Positions 50,555-64,000 of a DNA stretch of 64,000 nucleotides are shown in pieces. The notes below the pieces were generated by a model that worked only from the letters and a program-made list of their open reading frames with translations, had not been told where the DNA came from and did no database searches. The DNA comes from Octopus sinensis (Eukaryota). Location: NCBI RefSeq assembly GCF_006345805.1, contig NC_043001.1, positions 34,968,001 to 35,032,000 of the forward strand. Reading direction: 5' to 3'. Position numbers and translations under genes: made by a program. The number at the start of each line of letters is the position of its first letter. Within the stretch, counting starts at the first letter, position 1.

Positions 50555-51406
50555 TCAGACAGAATATTTTACAAATTTTCACTATTTATTTAATCAATTG
50601 CAGCTGAAAATGCCAATTAGTCTGCTCTGTTCATTTTCGGAAAGTCCAAGCATTCCAGCTTTCTATAACAAATCTGTTGCTACGCAGCCAGGTGCACCTA
50701 GCATAACACTAACACATGAAAAGGTATATTATTGGTATAATTGATTTAAGCGTCTAAGTAGTTTTCTATAGATGATTTCCTGCTCTTCAATATTCGAATA
50801 GACGGTGCACGAACTTTGTTCTCTGTTTCAGAGAATTATCTTTGGCTTGTTGCACTTATACCGAATTGTAGTTGGTATTGGAATATTACCTCAGTGCTGG
50901 TTATTGCTAAAGGTGTGAATACGTTCTGGTTCTGGTGTGGTTTTTGTATGGTAGTCAAGGCTGCCTTCCTTGTACGGCATTGTAGCGTCTCATCTGATAG
51001 AAAGATGGTATCTTACAAGGATTTTTTGAATAGACACTGTTGGTATTAATAATATTTTCCAGATCGGTAATCACATTCGATACTTTTAATCAAAGTTAGG
51101 AAATTTAGGGGCATCCTTATCTCTTATGTTGATCAGGTTTTGTAGATATCACCTGTTCCTGGATAGCAAAGCCATAGTCTTCTAGGAAACATTTGAGGTA
51201 TTTATCACTGGTCCAGGAGAGAACTGCTATTCTTGTCAATGTGGTTGGCATTCGTGATCTACGGTGCAGTGAACTCTGTGTTTTGTATAACGTAGGATAT
51301 GCTCGGGTTATGTAGAAAATATTTTTGTAGTAATAGGTAGACCAGATGTGAAATTAAATTTACACTCAGAAGCAATATTGTGCGAAAGTTTTATTTCCCT
51401 ACGAAT
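50555..51406 (-). mobile_element. Old R4/Dong-like LINE 3' portion (D1)
   Basis: SWTSDKYLKCFLEDYGFAIQEQVISTK, KCNKPKII, and the C-terminal GAPGCV...LGLSENEQSRLIG occur in order. Confidence 0.7.
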
Positions 51407-51714
51407 ATGTAGCTATGCATATCTTTCTAATGGCATAATAACTATATCTCTTGTAAGATTCTGGTTCACCAAATCGGTTCAGACATTCTTGTTTCACATA
51501 AAGCAGCTGTACGCGTAGAGTACTTCTTAAGGAGTAGTTGTCCGTTTAATCACCTGTAATTAACACCTTCACTGGTAGGCATGGACACAATGTACATATT
51601 TCTATCTTTACAGTTCAGTAGATGTTGTGTAAGTGGAACGATGCGGCACTTGAAAGATTTCTAGACTGATCTTATGCCTCTACCTCTATCTTACCGTATA
51701 TATGTATGCACTAT

Positions 51715-52235
<521 letters not shown>

Positions 52236-54735
52236 TAGGAAGGTGCACACACACACTCATATATATATATATATATATAGTAACGCAGAAACGCACATAT
52301 ATGTGGAAGTAGATACTCTCTGTGATTAGTAAGTTCGCTTCTATGTAATCTCCAGGTCGGCCCTGTATGTGTCCCCCTTCTCAGTATCATTTACTTTAGT
52401 CTCAGATCGACAGAATCTGTGCACATGATATCATGTACATAGAATTCGCTAAAGCCTGTCGGTTCTTGTGTAGCTCATGTTTTCCTCCTGCATAGAGTTT
52501 TGCAACAAGGAAGCATACATGTGTGAGAGTGTGTATATGTGTTGTATGTATATATGTATATGCCTATATGTAGTTATATACATATATATCTTTGTGTTTA
52601 TATGTATGTGTTTTTATGCATATGTATGTCTATGGAAGGATATGAGCAATTTATCGTGTTCGTGTACCTCTGAGTAAGCGTGCAAATACGTGTGGTCTTT
52701 TTAGAAAACATCCATAGATGCACACAATAACTCAGATACACACAAAAACATATTCACACATACGTACATACACACATACACAAACATATACTCATACATA
52801 ACCATACATAGACACATACATACTCACATATGTAACACACACACGCACACATTTATCTCTGAATATTTATCTTACAGAGATGTGTTTTAATTTGCAATGT
52901 TATCTCCCCTCTCTTTCATTGAATCATGCTTATGCATTTATAAGACGGCTGTCAGAATTTTCGTCAGATTTATTTTCCTAATTATTCATTTATATTTGTT
53001 TATATTTGTCGTTATTATGAGTTCCGTTTGCATCTTATACACATCTGCTGAACGTTCTCTAACAGTTAATGTTCTTTCATATTTCGTCCTTTTATGTCTT
53101 TATATATATTTGTTTCTAGTCCGCCATATTTTTTCTCACAAACATCATTCCTTTACACGGTCATTCACTCGACAAATTGCGTGAAATTCAATTGCCATAA
53201 CTCATGAAAGATTTCTCAAATTAGAACTGTTATTTTTTCCTTTTCACTTTATTATTCTTTCGTTCCTTTTATCTTTTTTTTTCTTTTTTCCGTTTCTTTC
53301 CTATTTCGTTTATTTTCCCTTTCTTTCATTTTAATTTACATTTCTTTGCTTAAATATTCGCGGAGCTTTATATTATTTCTTTTTCACTTTTCTTTCATTC
53401 ATTGATATATTTATTGATTTATCCAGTTATTCATTCAGTAAATCAGTCATTCCTACTGTGTCTTTTCACCTTTTCTTTCTTTAATCTCTTGCGGTCAATC
53501 TCTTTCTTCCTCTCATATATTCACATTTCCTAGGCACAGCATTATCCCTTACGGTCATGTTCAGGTCATAATCTACACCAATAATATCACCAGATTTATC
53601 AATAACATTCTTCTCCTCCAGCTCATTCCATATTTCTTTAATAGGCTAGATCAATGTTCTCGTATTGTTAATTCAGTAACCTTATTCTTATTGCGTGCTT
53701 TCACCGCTCAACATAAGCTTCATCTGCCTCGGGTAGATAATGCTTGTTTCGTTTTTGTTGCCGTTGTCTTCTTTCCTATTGCATAAATGTTCTATACATA
53801 GAATGAACGCTGTGCATGGGACACATTTTATAAGTCAAATCTACTGGGTTTTGCGTTATATATACATAGCTGCATCTCCTTAAAAATTCTCAGTGTGATA
53901 CTGTTTCTTATTTGAAGTAACGGGCTTACATTCTTTTTATTTTTGCAGATCTTTCTTCTTTTTACTTAAATATCTAAATGATTCGCCTTAATCTTCCGGC
54001 TTGTATGAGTTGACATGTGGCAATGTACGATCAGGTTGCTGTTTTTTGACGTCTTTTGTTCCTTTTCCATTGTGTGTTCATTTCCTAATTCTTGGCGTTA
54101 TATCCATACTCTGAAAGCTCCACTTCTCATGTCTGTATATATTCTCTCTTTCAGCTAACAGGCATATGATGTTTCATATATTCTGCTTAATCACGTATTT
54201 TGCAGTCACAAGTGGGACACTTTTAGTCATGTCTTGCAATCAAAAATCATTTAGTCACAGTTTTTGATCATTCATCATTCACTTCCCATTCATTTAAAAA
54301 TTTCTTTATTGAAATTCACTTCACCTAGTCTTGTAATGTATTGCTCAGGCAGAGGCATTTTCCATCTCAAATTTTAGTATGAAAATTACTTTACATTTAA
54401 AATTATTTTATAATAACTATTATTTTCTGCTGCATAGAGAACTACTATTCAGCATTGGTACCCCACTTAGAGGAAATTTTTGGCGTACAAGATGTTAACA
54501 TTTTATGCCCTAATTGGTACAGTATAAACCAGCTCTAAGTGGTAGTAGTGGGTATAGAATAAAATGTGAACTCTCACTAATTCCTAGATGCAAATCCTGA
54601 ATACGTTAACCACCAGTAACATAACATTAGATAATAAAAACTTAATATTAAGCACGTAACAAATAATGTTTAAAGCAATGTTTAACAGCAATATTTTAAA
54701 GCAATGTTTAAAATTCAGATAAAGGTAAGATTATA

Positions 54736-55945
54736 CAAGGTGATACCCAAAAGTAACCGGAAACTTCTCTGCGAGACAAGCCCGTTGTAGTTCAGTCTTC
54801 AGGCACTAAAAGCCACTAGGTGCGACCCTCAGGCATCAGTATGCCGACCGGCGTCATTGCCTGGAGTTGTATTATAGCGTGGCGCGTCTGTTTTGCAGTG
54901 TTCCTCGATCTTTGCGATGGCTGAAACAAAGGAACAGCGTGTTTCGAAGAAATTCTGTTTTCTGCCGGGGAAGACGATGGAAAAAACAGTTGTCATGCCT
55001 CAGACAGCTTACTAGAGCGGTCTATGAGGAAAGCACAAATTTAAGATTGCTTTTCACTCTTTAGGAATGGTCCCTTATCGCTTGAAGACCACCCTCGTTC
55101 AGGGTAACTGTCAACCTCCCAAACGAATGAAAACATTACGAAAATTTATGAAGTGATATTGGAGGACCTTCGCCGAATAATGAACGAATTTGTTGATATG
55201 ACAAGTGTGTCCTGGAGCTCATGACAGCGAATTTTGAGCGAGGAATTGCGAATGAAAAGAGTTGCAGCAAAATTTGTGCCTCACTTACTCACGGAAGATC
55301 AAAAGCAGTCACGATTGAGTGCGTGTCTTGAACTGAAAGAACAGTTGTAATTTGATCTGGACCAATTTTCGAAGTTCATCACAGGTGATCAAAACTGGAG
55401 CTTCGGTTACGACCCGGAAACGAAGCAGAAATCAAGTCAGTGGAAGCAGGCGATGTCGCGACGCCCATCAAAAGTGCGTAAAGTGAAGTCCAATATCGAG
55501 GCGATGCTGATTTGTTTCCTCGACTCGAAAGGAATTGTCCACACAGGATTTGTTTCTCCCGGTGAAACTATTAACCAGACATTTTACTTGGCAGTTCTGA
55601 GCTCATTTGCAAGACGCGGTGAGGCGTAAAGACCCTGAATGCTGACAAAATGAAGAGTGGTGGTTTCATCCCGACAATGCGCTTGAGTGTGACAGTTTTT
55701 GAACAAAAATAGCATGACCCCGCTTACCACCCTCCCTATTCACTCGAACATGCTCACAGCGACTTTTTTTGTTTCCTCGAATGAAAAAATGTCCTTAAAG
55801 GAAAACGTTTTGCAGATGTTGAAGAGGTGAAGAAGAAAATGATGGACGTATCCAGAACAGCTTCGAACAGTGGCGTACTCGCCTGGAACGATACATTCCT
55901 TCAAATGGAGAATACTTTGAAAGCGATAAAAGCATAAGCATGTAA
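54736..55945 (+). mobile_element. Decayed mariner transposon (third family)
   Basis: Left TIR-like TA-CAAGGTGATACCCAAAAGTAACCGG. Multi-stop transposase from ATG 54917: MAETKEQRV, LEDHPRSG, KRVAAKFVPHLLT, ITGDQNW..YDPETKQKSSQW, DNA, HPPYS, GEYFE. The right TIR is not recognisable. Confidence 0.85.
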
Positions 55946-56339
55946 ATCTAAGAGAATAAAGTAATATTGCAAAACTATAGTCTCTGTTGGGTCTATGGAC
56001 ACTTTGTTTTGTCAGAAGAGAAATTTTATAAAGTTATCCTAAATTCTAATTCTTTTTTAAACATCTTAAACCAGGTTTACCTTCCTCACATACATCACAT
56101 ACATTAAGAAGACAATAAACCTCATCATGTTTACGGACAATTTCTGTCTATACACTACAAATGGTATACAACTCAATAAACTGTTACAAAATCTATGGAA
56201 TATGAGAACCTTAAAATAACGGACATTTGACCAAATTTACTAGTAATACCCTAGATAAAGAACATGTGATAGAAGATTAGCCGAAAGACATAATAACAAA
56301 TATGAATTAGGCAGACTACAATGTTGACATGTTAAAGGA

Positions 56340-56720
56340 AATATTAGGTAAGAATATACTTTTCTCAGCTGATTGCTAATTGAAGCTGCACAACGGGAGA
56401 AAATAAGACGAATAATACCTGCAGTTCGAATACACCGTTCAAAATTTGACTTGAAATGCTGTGAGGAGAAAGGTGAAAATATTGTGAGAAGAAGTAAGAA
56501 AGCACTGTAAAACTTGTGGAACAATTCAATTACAAAATCAAATGAGAAGGATGCTACAGAATGCACAGTAAAGCTGATGGCAAGAATAACGCTTACATGG
56601 ACAGTGCCAGTAAAACAACCTAAACAGAATGGAAATGAAGAAGGAAAATCGCTACTCTAGTTTATAATTGCAGGATTCAATGTTCAAAACGAAGGATTAT
56701 TATTCGGAATATTGGTAACG
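56340..56720 (+). mobile_element. Decayed R4/Dong-like fragment (D2)
   Basis: LLIEAAQREKIRRII and KCCEEKGENIV correspond to the GLxxAAQEQ...CRxCxExxETxxHIV region. Confidence 0.45.
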
Positions 56721-57180
56721 CAAGAGAGGATCAAATTTGTAAAACAAAACAACGTCTATAACTTGATTAAAGCAGCTTGCTTAAGTGTCTTGTACCAAAA
56801 CTCATTCTGATAAGACCATATTGGTTAAAAAGAAGGAAGGTAAAAATGACCACTTGTCATGTTCCTGTGGAAGTAGAGGTCTTCAGTTGTCGCAACTATT
56901 ATAAGAATTACTAAGGATAAGATTGTAGATTCTTTTCTTCACAATCAAAACGAAATCTCTGATTCTATCGGAATATTTGACTTTTAAGGGATTGTAGACA
57001 TTTTACGTCTGCAAGTTATTTGTTCGTGGTATGTAATCAACTTGTATAATGTTTGTATGTTCATAGTTGTGATACAGTAGACTTTTTAAATATTTCTTGT
57101 GTCTATGGCCGTGTTATTATGCATCCCAATTATTATTCGTTCAATTTGCCGGGGCTGTTCCGTCTGTTGGTGTGAATTAG

Positions 57181-57412
57181 GCTGCGAGCTGGCAGAATCG
57201 TTAGCACGTCGAGCGAAATGCTCATCAGTATTTCATCTGTCGCTACGTTCTGAGTTCAAATTCCGCCGAGGTCGACTTTGCCTTTCATCCTTTCGGGGTC
57301 GATTAAATAAGTACCAGTTACGCACTGGGGTCGATATGATCGACTTAATCCGTTTGTCCGTCCTTGTTTGTCCTCTCTTTGTTTAGCCCCTTGTGGGTAG
57401 TAAAGAAATAGG
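57181..57412 (+). mobile_element. SINE family C with target-site duplication
   Basis: Flanked by GGTGTGAATTAGGCTG (57169-57184 and 57411-57426), partly overlapping the element ends. Confidence 0.9.
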
Positions 57413-57634
57413 TGTGAATTAGGCTGTTGTGTTTGTAGCCTTGATACCTGTATTGTGCTTATGGTAATGCAATTCTTAATCTTTTTCGCGTTGCTATTTA
57501 AGGCGATGCTGGTATATCGTTGATTAAATGCACGTATGTTCTTCCTTCAAACACTCCATATATATTTTGATGGTTTAAAGATTGTTTTCTTTTTTGCTAA
57601 TTAGTGTCTTTCTCGTCTCTTTCGCCACATCCAA

Positions 57635-57860
57635 GAAGGAGAGGAGGAGAAGAGAAGAAAGAGAAGAAGAAAAAAGAAGAATGAGAAGAAGAAGAAGAAA
57701 AGAAGAAGAAGAAGAAAGAGAAGAAGAAAAAGAAGAATGAGAAGAAGAAGAAGAAGAAGAAGAAGAAGAAGAAGAAGAAAGAGAAGAAGAAAAAGAAGAA
57801 TGAGAAGAAGAAGTAGAGAGAGAAGAAGAAAAAGAAGGAAAGAAGAAGAAGAGAAAGTAG
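57635..57860. repeat. (GAA)n-rich repeat with higher-order unit
   Basis: GAAGAAAAAGAAGAATGAGAAGAAG recurs three times. Confidence 0.9.
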
Positions 57861-59133
57861 CAGCAGGCAATGATGATGATAAAAAAAGCGGCTTTTAAAG
57901 AAGGAGGGATGAAATGAGGAGCTGTAGCATAGGAGGCAGTTTGAATTATGAGGACTACAATGAAGAAAAGCAGGAGGAAGTAGGGAAGGTGGCAGGTGCA
58001 GAGAAAACAAGGCAAAGATGAATAGGAGAAGCTGCAAGAGGACGAGGACAGAGATAAAAGACAATTATGGATGTCGCAAAAAAGAGACAGGATGATAATT
58101 TTCTCAACATTCGTAGTGCAAGTGTATAAAAAAAGCGTATAATTAAATCATATTGCTCTACAGTAAGTGAAACGACAGCAGAAGGCTTATTTGGTGGGAG
58201 TAATGTAAAGGCAGCGACGATGAATAAATGGAATGCAATGAAGAAAATATATCGAGGCAATGATTGACTGAAAGAAATTCCGAAGCATAGATATATGGAA
58301 AAAGAAAAAGAAAACAAAGGAAAAAGACAAATTTATATCTGCTAAGGCTTCTATAATTCGGCCCTTGACAGAGTTCCAAGTTATTTTCCCTCAAATAGAT
58401 GTATCTGAATTTAATGAAAATATGCGTATGATTTATATGTCATATAGTGCCCGGAAAAAATCGTTGCCTGTGAGTATGTGTTTTTTTTTTTTTATCTGAC
58501 TAGAAGATGTTGCGTCTATGTATAAGTTGTCATGATCAGATTCGAAAAACTGGATGATATTACAGTCAGAAATCGAAAGAACCACTCAAGGAACTGGGTG
58601 TTGCATGTCAATAAATAACTAATATAAAGTAAAAAAATAATAATAATGACATATAGTGGTTTCGGCAATCATAGTACAATAGCTTTGTGTTGTTTAAATC
58701 CAATTGATGTGGCTACAAGTGGTGTATATGTACGAAAGTTTGTGTACGTATGCAAATCTAAGTTCAGGATTATTTGAACACGCAAACGTGTGCGCGCCGA
58801 TACACGTACACACACACACATAGACACACACACAACCACAGTCAAACGTTTACAAAAAAAAACATATATATGCATACATTTATTCAAATACATATGTGTA
58901 TACACTCACGCATACACACACACATATAAAGTATGGGGTTTAGTTCACAGGTGATCTAAGTGATTAGGTACGCTAGGTAAGTGCTGTAACAGATTACTAG
59001 GGCTCCAATGTCATAGCCGAGACAGGTAGTTATGGAGCCATTGCAGATTTCCGATAGAGCGGATATATAATTCTTAAACAGGACAGAAAATGTCTCAAGT
59101 CTTATACAATATTATTATACGAAGAAATTCAAA

Positions 59134-59189
59134 ATCTTACAGCTGTTTCTAGGATATCCCCGGGTATGGGATATTTTGTCATCAGAGAC
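59134..59189 (-). ncRNA. Minimal type I hammerhead ribozyme (same family as 20207)
   Basis: GTCT-CTGATGA-CAAAATATCCC-ATACCC-GGGGATATCCTA-GAAA-CAGCTG-TA-AGAT. Confidence 0.7.
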
Positions 59190-59239
59190 AAATAGGGAAA
59201 AAAATATGGAAAATGAGAATGGTATATATTAATGAGATG

Positions 59240-59622
59240 TGGAAGCACTCCGTCGGTTACGACGACGAGGGCTCCGGTTGATCCGAATCAACGGAACAGC
59301 CTGCTCGTGAAATTAACGTGTAAGTGGCTGAGCACTCCACAGACACGTGTACCCTTAACGTAGTTCTCGGGGATATTCAGCGTGACACAGAGAGTGACAA
59401 GGCCGGCCCTTTGAAATACAGGTACAACAGAAACGGAAGTAAGAGTGAGAGAAAGTTGTGGTGACAGAGTACAGCAGGGATCACCACCATCCCCAGCCGG
59501 GGCCTTGTGCAGCTTTAGGTGTTTCCGCTCAATAAACACTCACAACGCCCGGTCTGGGAATCGAAACCGTGATCCTATGACCGCGAGTCCGCTACCCTAA
59601 CAACTGGGCCATTGCGCCTCCA
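59240..59622 (-). mobile_element. SINE family A, full length, tail variant a
   Basis: TSD TAATGAGATG (59230-59239, 59624-59633). Confidence 0.9.
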
Positions 59623-59820
59623 CTAATGAGATGACGATATAGAGGAAGGGAGAAAAAGAATGAGATGGAAAGAGAGCAGAAAAAAGAGGCATAAATATTC
59701 ATAGTTCATAGTTCAAATTTCCGAAGTTATTGAAACCAGAGCATGGGTCCTTAGCCGCAATCCTGCGTAGATACATGAGCGTAAGTCCTTAGGTGTAATC
59801 CTGCGCATATCCATGAGGGT

Positions 59821-59920
59821 TAGAATCCTGATATAGTAGAAATCCCAAGAAAAAAACGCGAACATATCCACGTTTGTTCGCGTCTTTTTTTCTTGGGATG
59901 TGTACTATATCAGGATTCTA
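59821..59920. repeat. 100-bp imperfect palindrome
   Basis: TAGAATCCTGATATAGTA..ATCCCAAGAAAAAAACGCGAACA / TGTTCGCG..TTTTTTCTTGGGAT..TACTATATCAGGATTCTA. Confidence 0.85.
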
Positions 59921-60085
59921 CTACATCAGCTTGAAGAAGACAGTAGAATTGACATGAAGCGCAGCCTCCCTTGGACACAAGCCACTACATCACACTTTGA
60001 AGGCTATTCGTTTGCAATCTAGGAACAGGAGATTGTCACAAAGTATCTGGTGAACATGAGAGACAGTGAGCTAGAACGTCAAAAC
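59921..60085 (+). mobile_element. R4/Dong-like LINE fragment (D1)
   Basis: QLEEDSRIDMKRSLPWT..TSHFEGYSFAI*EQEIVTKYLVNMRD. Confidence 0.7.
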
Positions 60086-60914
60086 TTAGTGCGCATTCAC
60101 GGCAGCATTCACGGTCAATCCGTACCAAGCGGCATTACTCTGCATGCTTTCGCTTCATTACTATGGCAACAGTCCGGATACTTATTGTTCATACCACGTA
60201 TGTGTGTGTGAGTGTGCGCATGCTTCTGTGTGTGTGTGTGTGTGTGTGTGCAAATAGCGATTCGGTATTATATAAGTTAACATGAAATAATGTTCAATGC
60301 TAATGAAATACATATTTAAGCGACTAAATGTTAACATCTGCCAAAATTTTCATTTCAAACAGATGGACTATTTTTCTTTGTTTATTTTTGTTTTATTTCT
60401 TTATTTCATGTTTCTATTTTATTATTTCCATTCCGTGTCCTACTTCCCCTTTTCTCGGTAAACCTATTAAATAACTCAAACATTTGACGTACTTTCTCCA
60501 CCCCAAATTTATTTTAACGAAAGTTTTCATAAATAACGAAATATGAAGAGTTGCCACTTCTCTAACAAATCTTTAGAAGTTATGAAACTGACATGATTTA
60601 ATACTAATAACTGTAGACCTTACAGCAAACAGATGTTAAGACTGTGTCTGGATTAGGACGTGATGCGTGTAACGGGAGTTTTGATTTCTACCTATAAGAT
60701 ATACATTATTAATACTGTGATGTTCTACCTACAAAGAAACAACAAATGAAATGAACTGGACCAAGAGCAATGGCAATTGTAAATATTTGTTATATTTATA
60801 ACGATTTCTGACAAATGTACCAGATCAAATATTCCGAAGCATTGTCTATACTCCCTAAATGCTGGTTTCAGTATATGACTGGAAACGATGTTAATATTAG
60901 AGAGAGTAATTATA

Positions 60915-62343
60915 TGGTGAACTGGCAGAATCGTGAGCACGCCGGGTAAAATGTTTAGCGGCATTTCGTTCGTCTTCACGTTCTGATTTCAAATTCTGTC
61001 GAGCACAACTTTACCTTTGTCCTTTCTGGGGGTGTCTATAAATTAAGTATGAATGAAACACTGGGGTCGATGTAATCTACTAGTCCACCCCCGCACCCAA
61101 ATTTTAGGCCTTGTGCTTTTTGTAGAAAGGGTTGCTATTAATTTTATAATTAAGGCGGCGAGCTGGCAGAAACGTTAGCACGCCGGGCGAAATGCGTAGC
61201 CGTATTTCATCTGCCGTTACGTTCTGAGTTCAAATTCCGCCGAGGTCGAATTTGCCTTTCATCCTTTCGGGGTCGATAAATTAAGTACCAGTTACGCACT
61301 GGAGTCAATGTAATCGACTTAATCCGTTTGTCTGTCCTTGTTTGTCCTCTCTGTGTTTAGCCCCTTGTGGGTAGTAAAGAAATAGTTATTTCGTCAGCCG
61401 TTACGTTCTGAGTTCAAATTCCGCCGACGTCGACTTTGCCTTTCATCCTTTCGTGGTCGATTAAATAAGTACCAGTTACGCTCTGGGGGCGATATCATCG
61501 AATTACGTTTGTCTGTCCTTGTTTAGCCCCTTCTGGGTAGTAAAGAAATAGGTATTTAGTCCGAATTTATGTTGCGACTTCAAATTCCGCAGAGTTCGAC
61601 TTTGTATTTCTTCCACTTGAGGTCGATAAATTAAGTACCAGTTAAATATTGGGTTTTAGCTAATCGACTTACCCCTTCCCCTGAACTTACTAGCCTCGTG
61701 CAAAAATTTGAAATCAATATTAGAAAGGGGTATACTGACACGCTGGAACGAAATGCTTAGCGGCTTTTCGTCTATCTTCGCATTCTGATTTAAAATTCTA
61801 CAGAGGTTGAATTTGCATTTCATGCTTTTGGGGTTGATAAAAAAAAGTACCAGTTGAACACTGATGTCAATGTAATCGAATTATCATATTTCCGAAATTC
61901 CTGAGGTTGCGTCAAAATTTGAAACCAATATTATAGAGAGCAGAATCGTTAGCTTACTGTACAAAATGTTTAGCGGCCTCTCGTCTGTCGTTTCCTTCTG
62001 AGCTCAAATTCCGCAGAGGTTGATTTTACATTTCATCTTTCATCTACCCTAGGGTAGATGTAATCGATTTAACTCCTGTTTCGTAATTGCTGGCCTTGTC
62101 GCAAAATTTGAAATCAATATTACAGAAAGGCAAGGCGGCCGAATCGTTACTGCACCGGACAAAATGCCTAGTGGCATCTCGTTCGTTTTCAGGTTCTGTG
62201 TTCAAATTCTTCCGACGTCGACTTTGCTTTTCATCTTTCCATGGTTCATAGAGTAAGTACCACTAGAACAATTGGGTCGATTTAATCGTCGTAACCTCTA
62301 CCTCGAAATTGCCGACCTTGACCCAAAATTTAATATGAATATG
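60915..62343 (+). mobile_element. Head-to-tail array of seven SINE family C units
   Basis: Units start at about 60915, 61152, 61385, 61553, 61725, 61935 and 62125. All are on the plus strand and mix young and old subfamilies. Confidence 0.8.
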
Positions 62344-62833
62344 ACAGAAGAGTGATATTAAAAGATTCCCAAAGCAATAGTAGAATTGAATACTGCAAAT
62401 GATTATCAGGAACCGTTCTAATCCAGGACACTTCTTTTTTTAATTACTATATTGGTTAATTGGAAAATACATTGCAATTTTAATATATAGTTAATACATT
62501 TTATTTCTACTTTTACCAGCCCACATTCAGCCTATTGACAGAAAACATAGATTCCATGTAAATGTAAATATTCATAAACTTATATGTAAGAATTATGAAC
62601 AGGTATGTATGTGAGAGTGTGATATTCTGTGATTGAAAATATATGTGATGTTATTTACACGAAGTGGAATTTTTGAGTATCCATAAAACCCATGAATATA
62701 AATTCACGCACATATGATAAATAGATTCTGTATATTTTTTCTATTCTTTCAGTAATTGGACTGACTTTTATTTAACATCGACGTGGATTAAACACAGGGA
62801 GAAGCACAAAGACACACACACACAGATACATAT

Positions 62834-62893
<60 letters not shown>

Positions 62894-62898
<5 letters not shown>

Positions 62899-63590
62899 TT
62901 AGATAAAACTTAGATATGTTTCGACCAGAGATTGGTCCAGGCCATGTCTAACTTAATAGCACCACCTGATAGGATTATTCGAATCTGTTTAAGTCAAGTT
63001 TTGTTCAAGTAGTGAGTTCTTGTTGGGTGAGTTGTATCCAGTTTTGTTCAAGTAGTGAGTTCTTGTTGGGTGAGTTGTATCCAATTATAGGTGGCTTATC
63101 TGGTATTCTTTGAAGGAATCTATCCAGACTCTGTTTGAAGTTGATGGGATCCTTTTCCTCTTTGATCTCCCTCGGGACAATGTTAAATAGGGCAGGGCCT
63201 GTTGAGGAAAAGAAATTATGTTGCAGTGTACATGTATGTTGTGATCTTGAATTTGGCAGGGGACGTATAGCCCGTGGTCCAAGTCTCGGATGAACCTTGA
63301 AGCTAATGTTTAGGTCGTTTGGGCAAAGTTGGCGGTATATTTTCCACATCGTACAAATGATGTACCGCTCACGGCGTCGCTGGAGGGAGTAAAGTTTCAA
63401 GGCTTTAAGGCGATCCCAATAATCGAGAGCAGCCATGCCTTCAATTTGTTTAGTGAGAGCCCTCTGGGGTGACTCAATTCTGGAGATGTTTTGTCTTGTG
63501 TGAGGAGACCACAGTGGGCAGCAGTATTCAAGGTGTGGCCGTACAAAGGAGGAAAAAAGTGGTATGATGACACCTTGTTCTCTGGACCGG

Positions 63591-63593
<3 letters not shown>
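62894..63593 (-). mobile_element. CR1-group LINE, 5'-truncated 3' end, with ORF2 C-terminus open
   Basis: FRSREQGVIIPLFSSFVRPHLEYCCPLWSP...LDYWDRLKALKLYSLQRRRERY. A 43-bp tandem duplication lies at 62998-63083, followed by a 3' stem-loop and ATCTAAGTTTT tail. Both ends are in (TA)n. Confidence 0.9.
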
Positions 63594-63637
<44 letters not shown>

Positions 63638-63639
63638 AA

Positions 63640-63755
63640 TAGTTGGGCTTCCACACAGTTTTTGTCCACTGACTTCGTTCATAATGCATTAGTCGTAGAA
63701 GTCACTAGCCCAGGCAACTGCACAGTGGGATTGAACCCGAAACAATATTGTCCAT
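63640..63755 (-). mobile_element. SINE family B, diverged 5' part
   Basis: Reverse complement: TTCGGGTTCAATCCCACTGTGCAGTTGCCTGGGCTAGTG...AAAAACTGTGTGGAAGCCC. Confidence 0.6.
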
Positions 63756-64000
63756 TGTAGACTATAAACAATGATTATAACTTACTACATGATTATCGTA
63801 GAAAACAGATGCCCTACAATTTTAATGCAATCTCAATTCTGTAGAATTAATTACAAATATATTGCCGGTATTTATTTCAACGATTCCACACAGATGAAAA
63901 GTCAACATTTGTATGATTTCGAATGAGAATGTGCATGTGTAATTGGTAAGGATAAATAATGCCAGTTTCTAGATAAATGACTGATTTCCGATTTTGACAC

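Noticed and set aside
54130-54230. CPTCDCK...EYMKHH zinc-finger-like string on the minus strand
   Set aside because: It is interrupted by stops, isolated, and cannot be assigned to any family.
57575-58317. Long minus-strand S/F/L-rich ORFs
   Set aside because: They are produced by (GAA)n repeats lacking stops on the reverse strand.

Overview
AT-rich, microsatellite-dense animal genomic DNA. The SINE families match those I recall from octopus genomes; that assignment is inference from recalled sequence, not a database result. I found no credible intact host protein-coding gene, rRNA, tRNA gene or CRISPR array. Almost all ORFs in the supplied track are translated (TA)n/(CA)n/(TACA)n/(TAA)n repeats. 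The window is a transposon graveyard: three mariner copies (one full-length with TIRs and TA duplication), about ten decayed fragments of R4/Dong-like restriction-endonuclease LINEs, two CR1-group LINE 3' ends, RTE fragments, Penelope-like (PLE) RT and terminal-repeat fragments, a Helitron-like element, and many tRNA-derived SINEs including a 7-copy head-to-tail array. The most notable signal is a set of type I hammerhead ribozyme (HHR) motifs from several unrelated repeat families. They include apparent catalytic-core variants, most notably a compensatory G3-C8 swap (GUGAACA) at 21601-21650. Other leads are a non-autonomous Dong-derived element that shares only the LINE 3' UTR, a decayed protein-coding repeat (VPVY...SSWAVPY) at 7438-7715, a 56-bp tandem repeat with hammerhead-like geometry, and a ~530-bp tandem repeat that flips orientation. 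All structures were read by eye and none was computed or tested.
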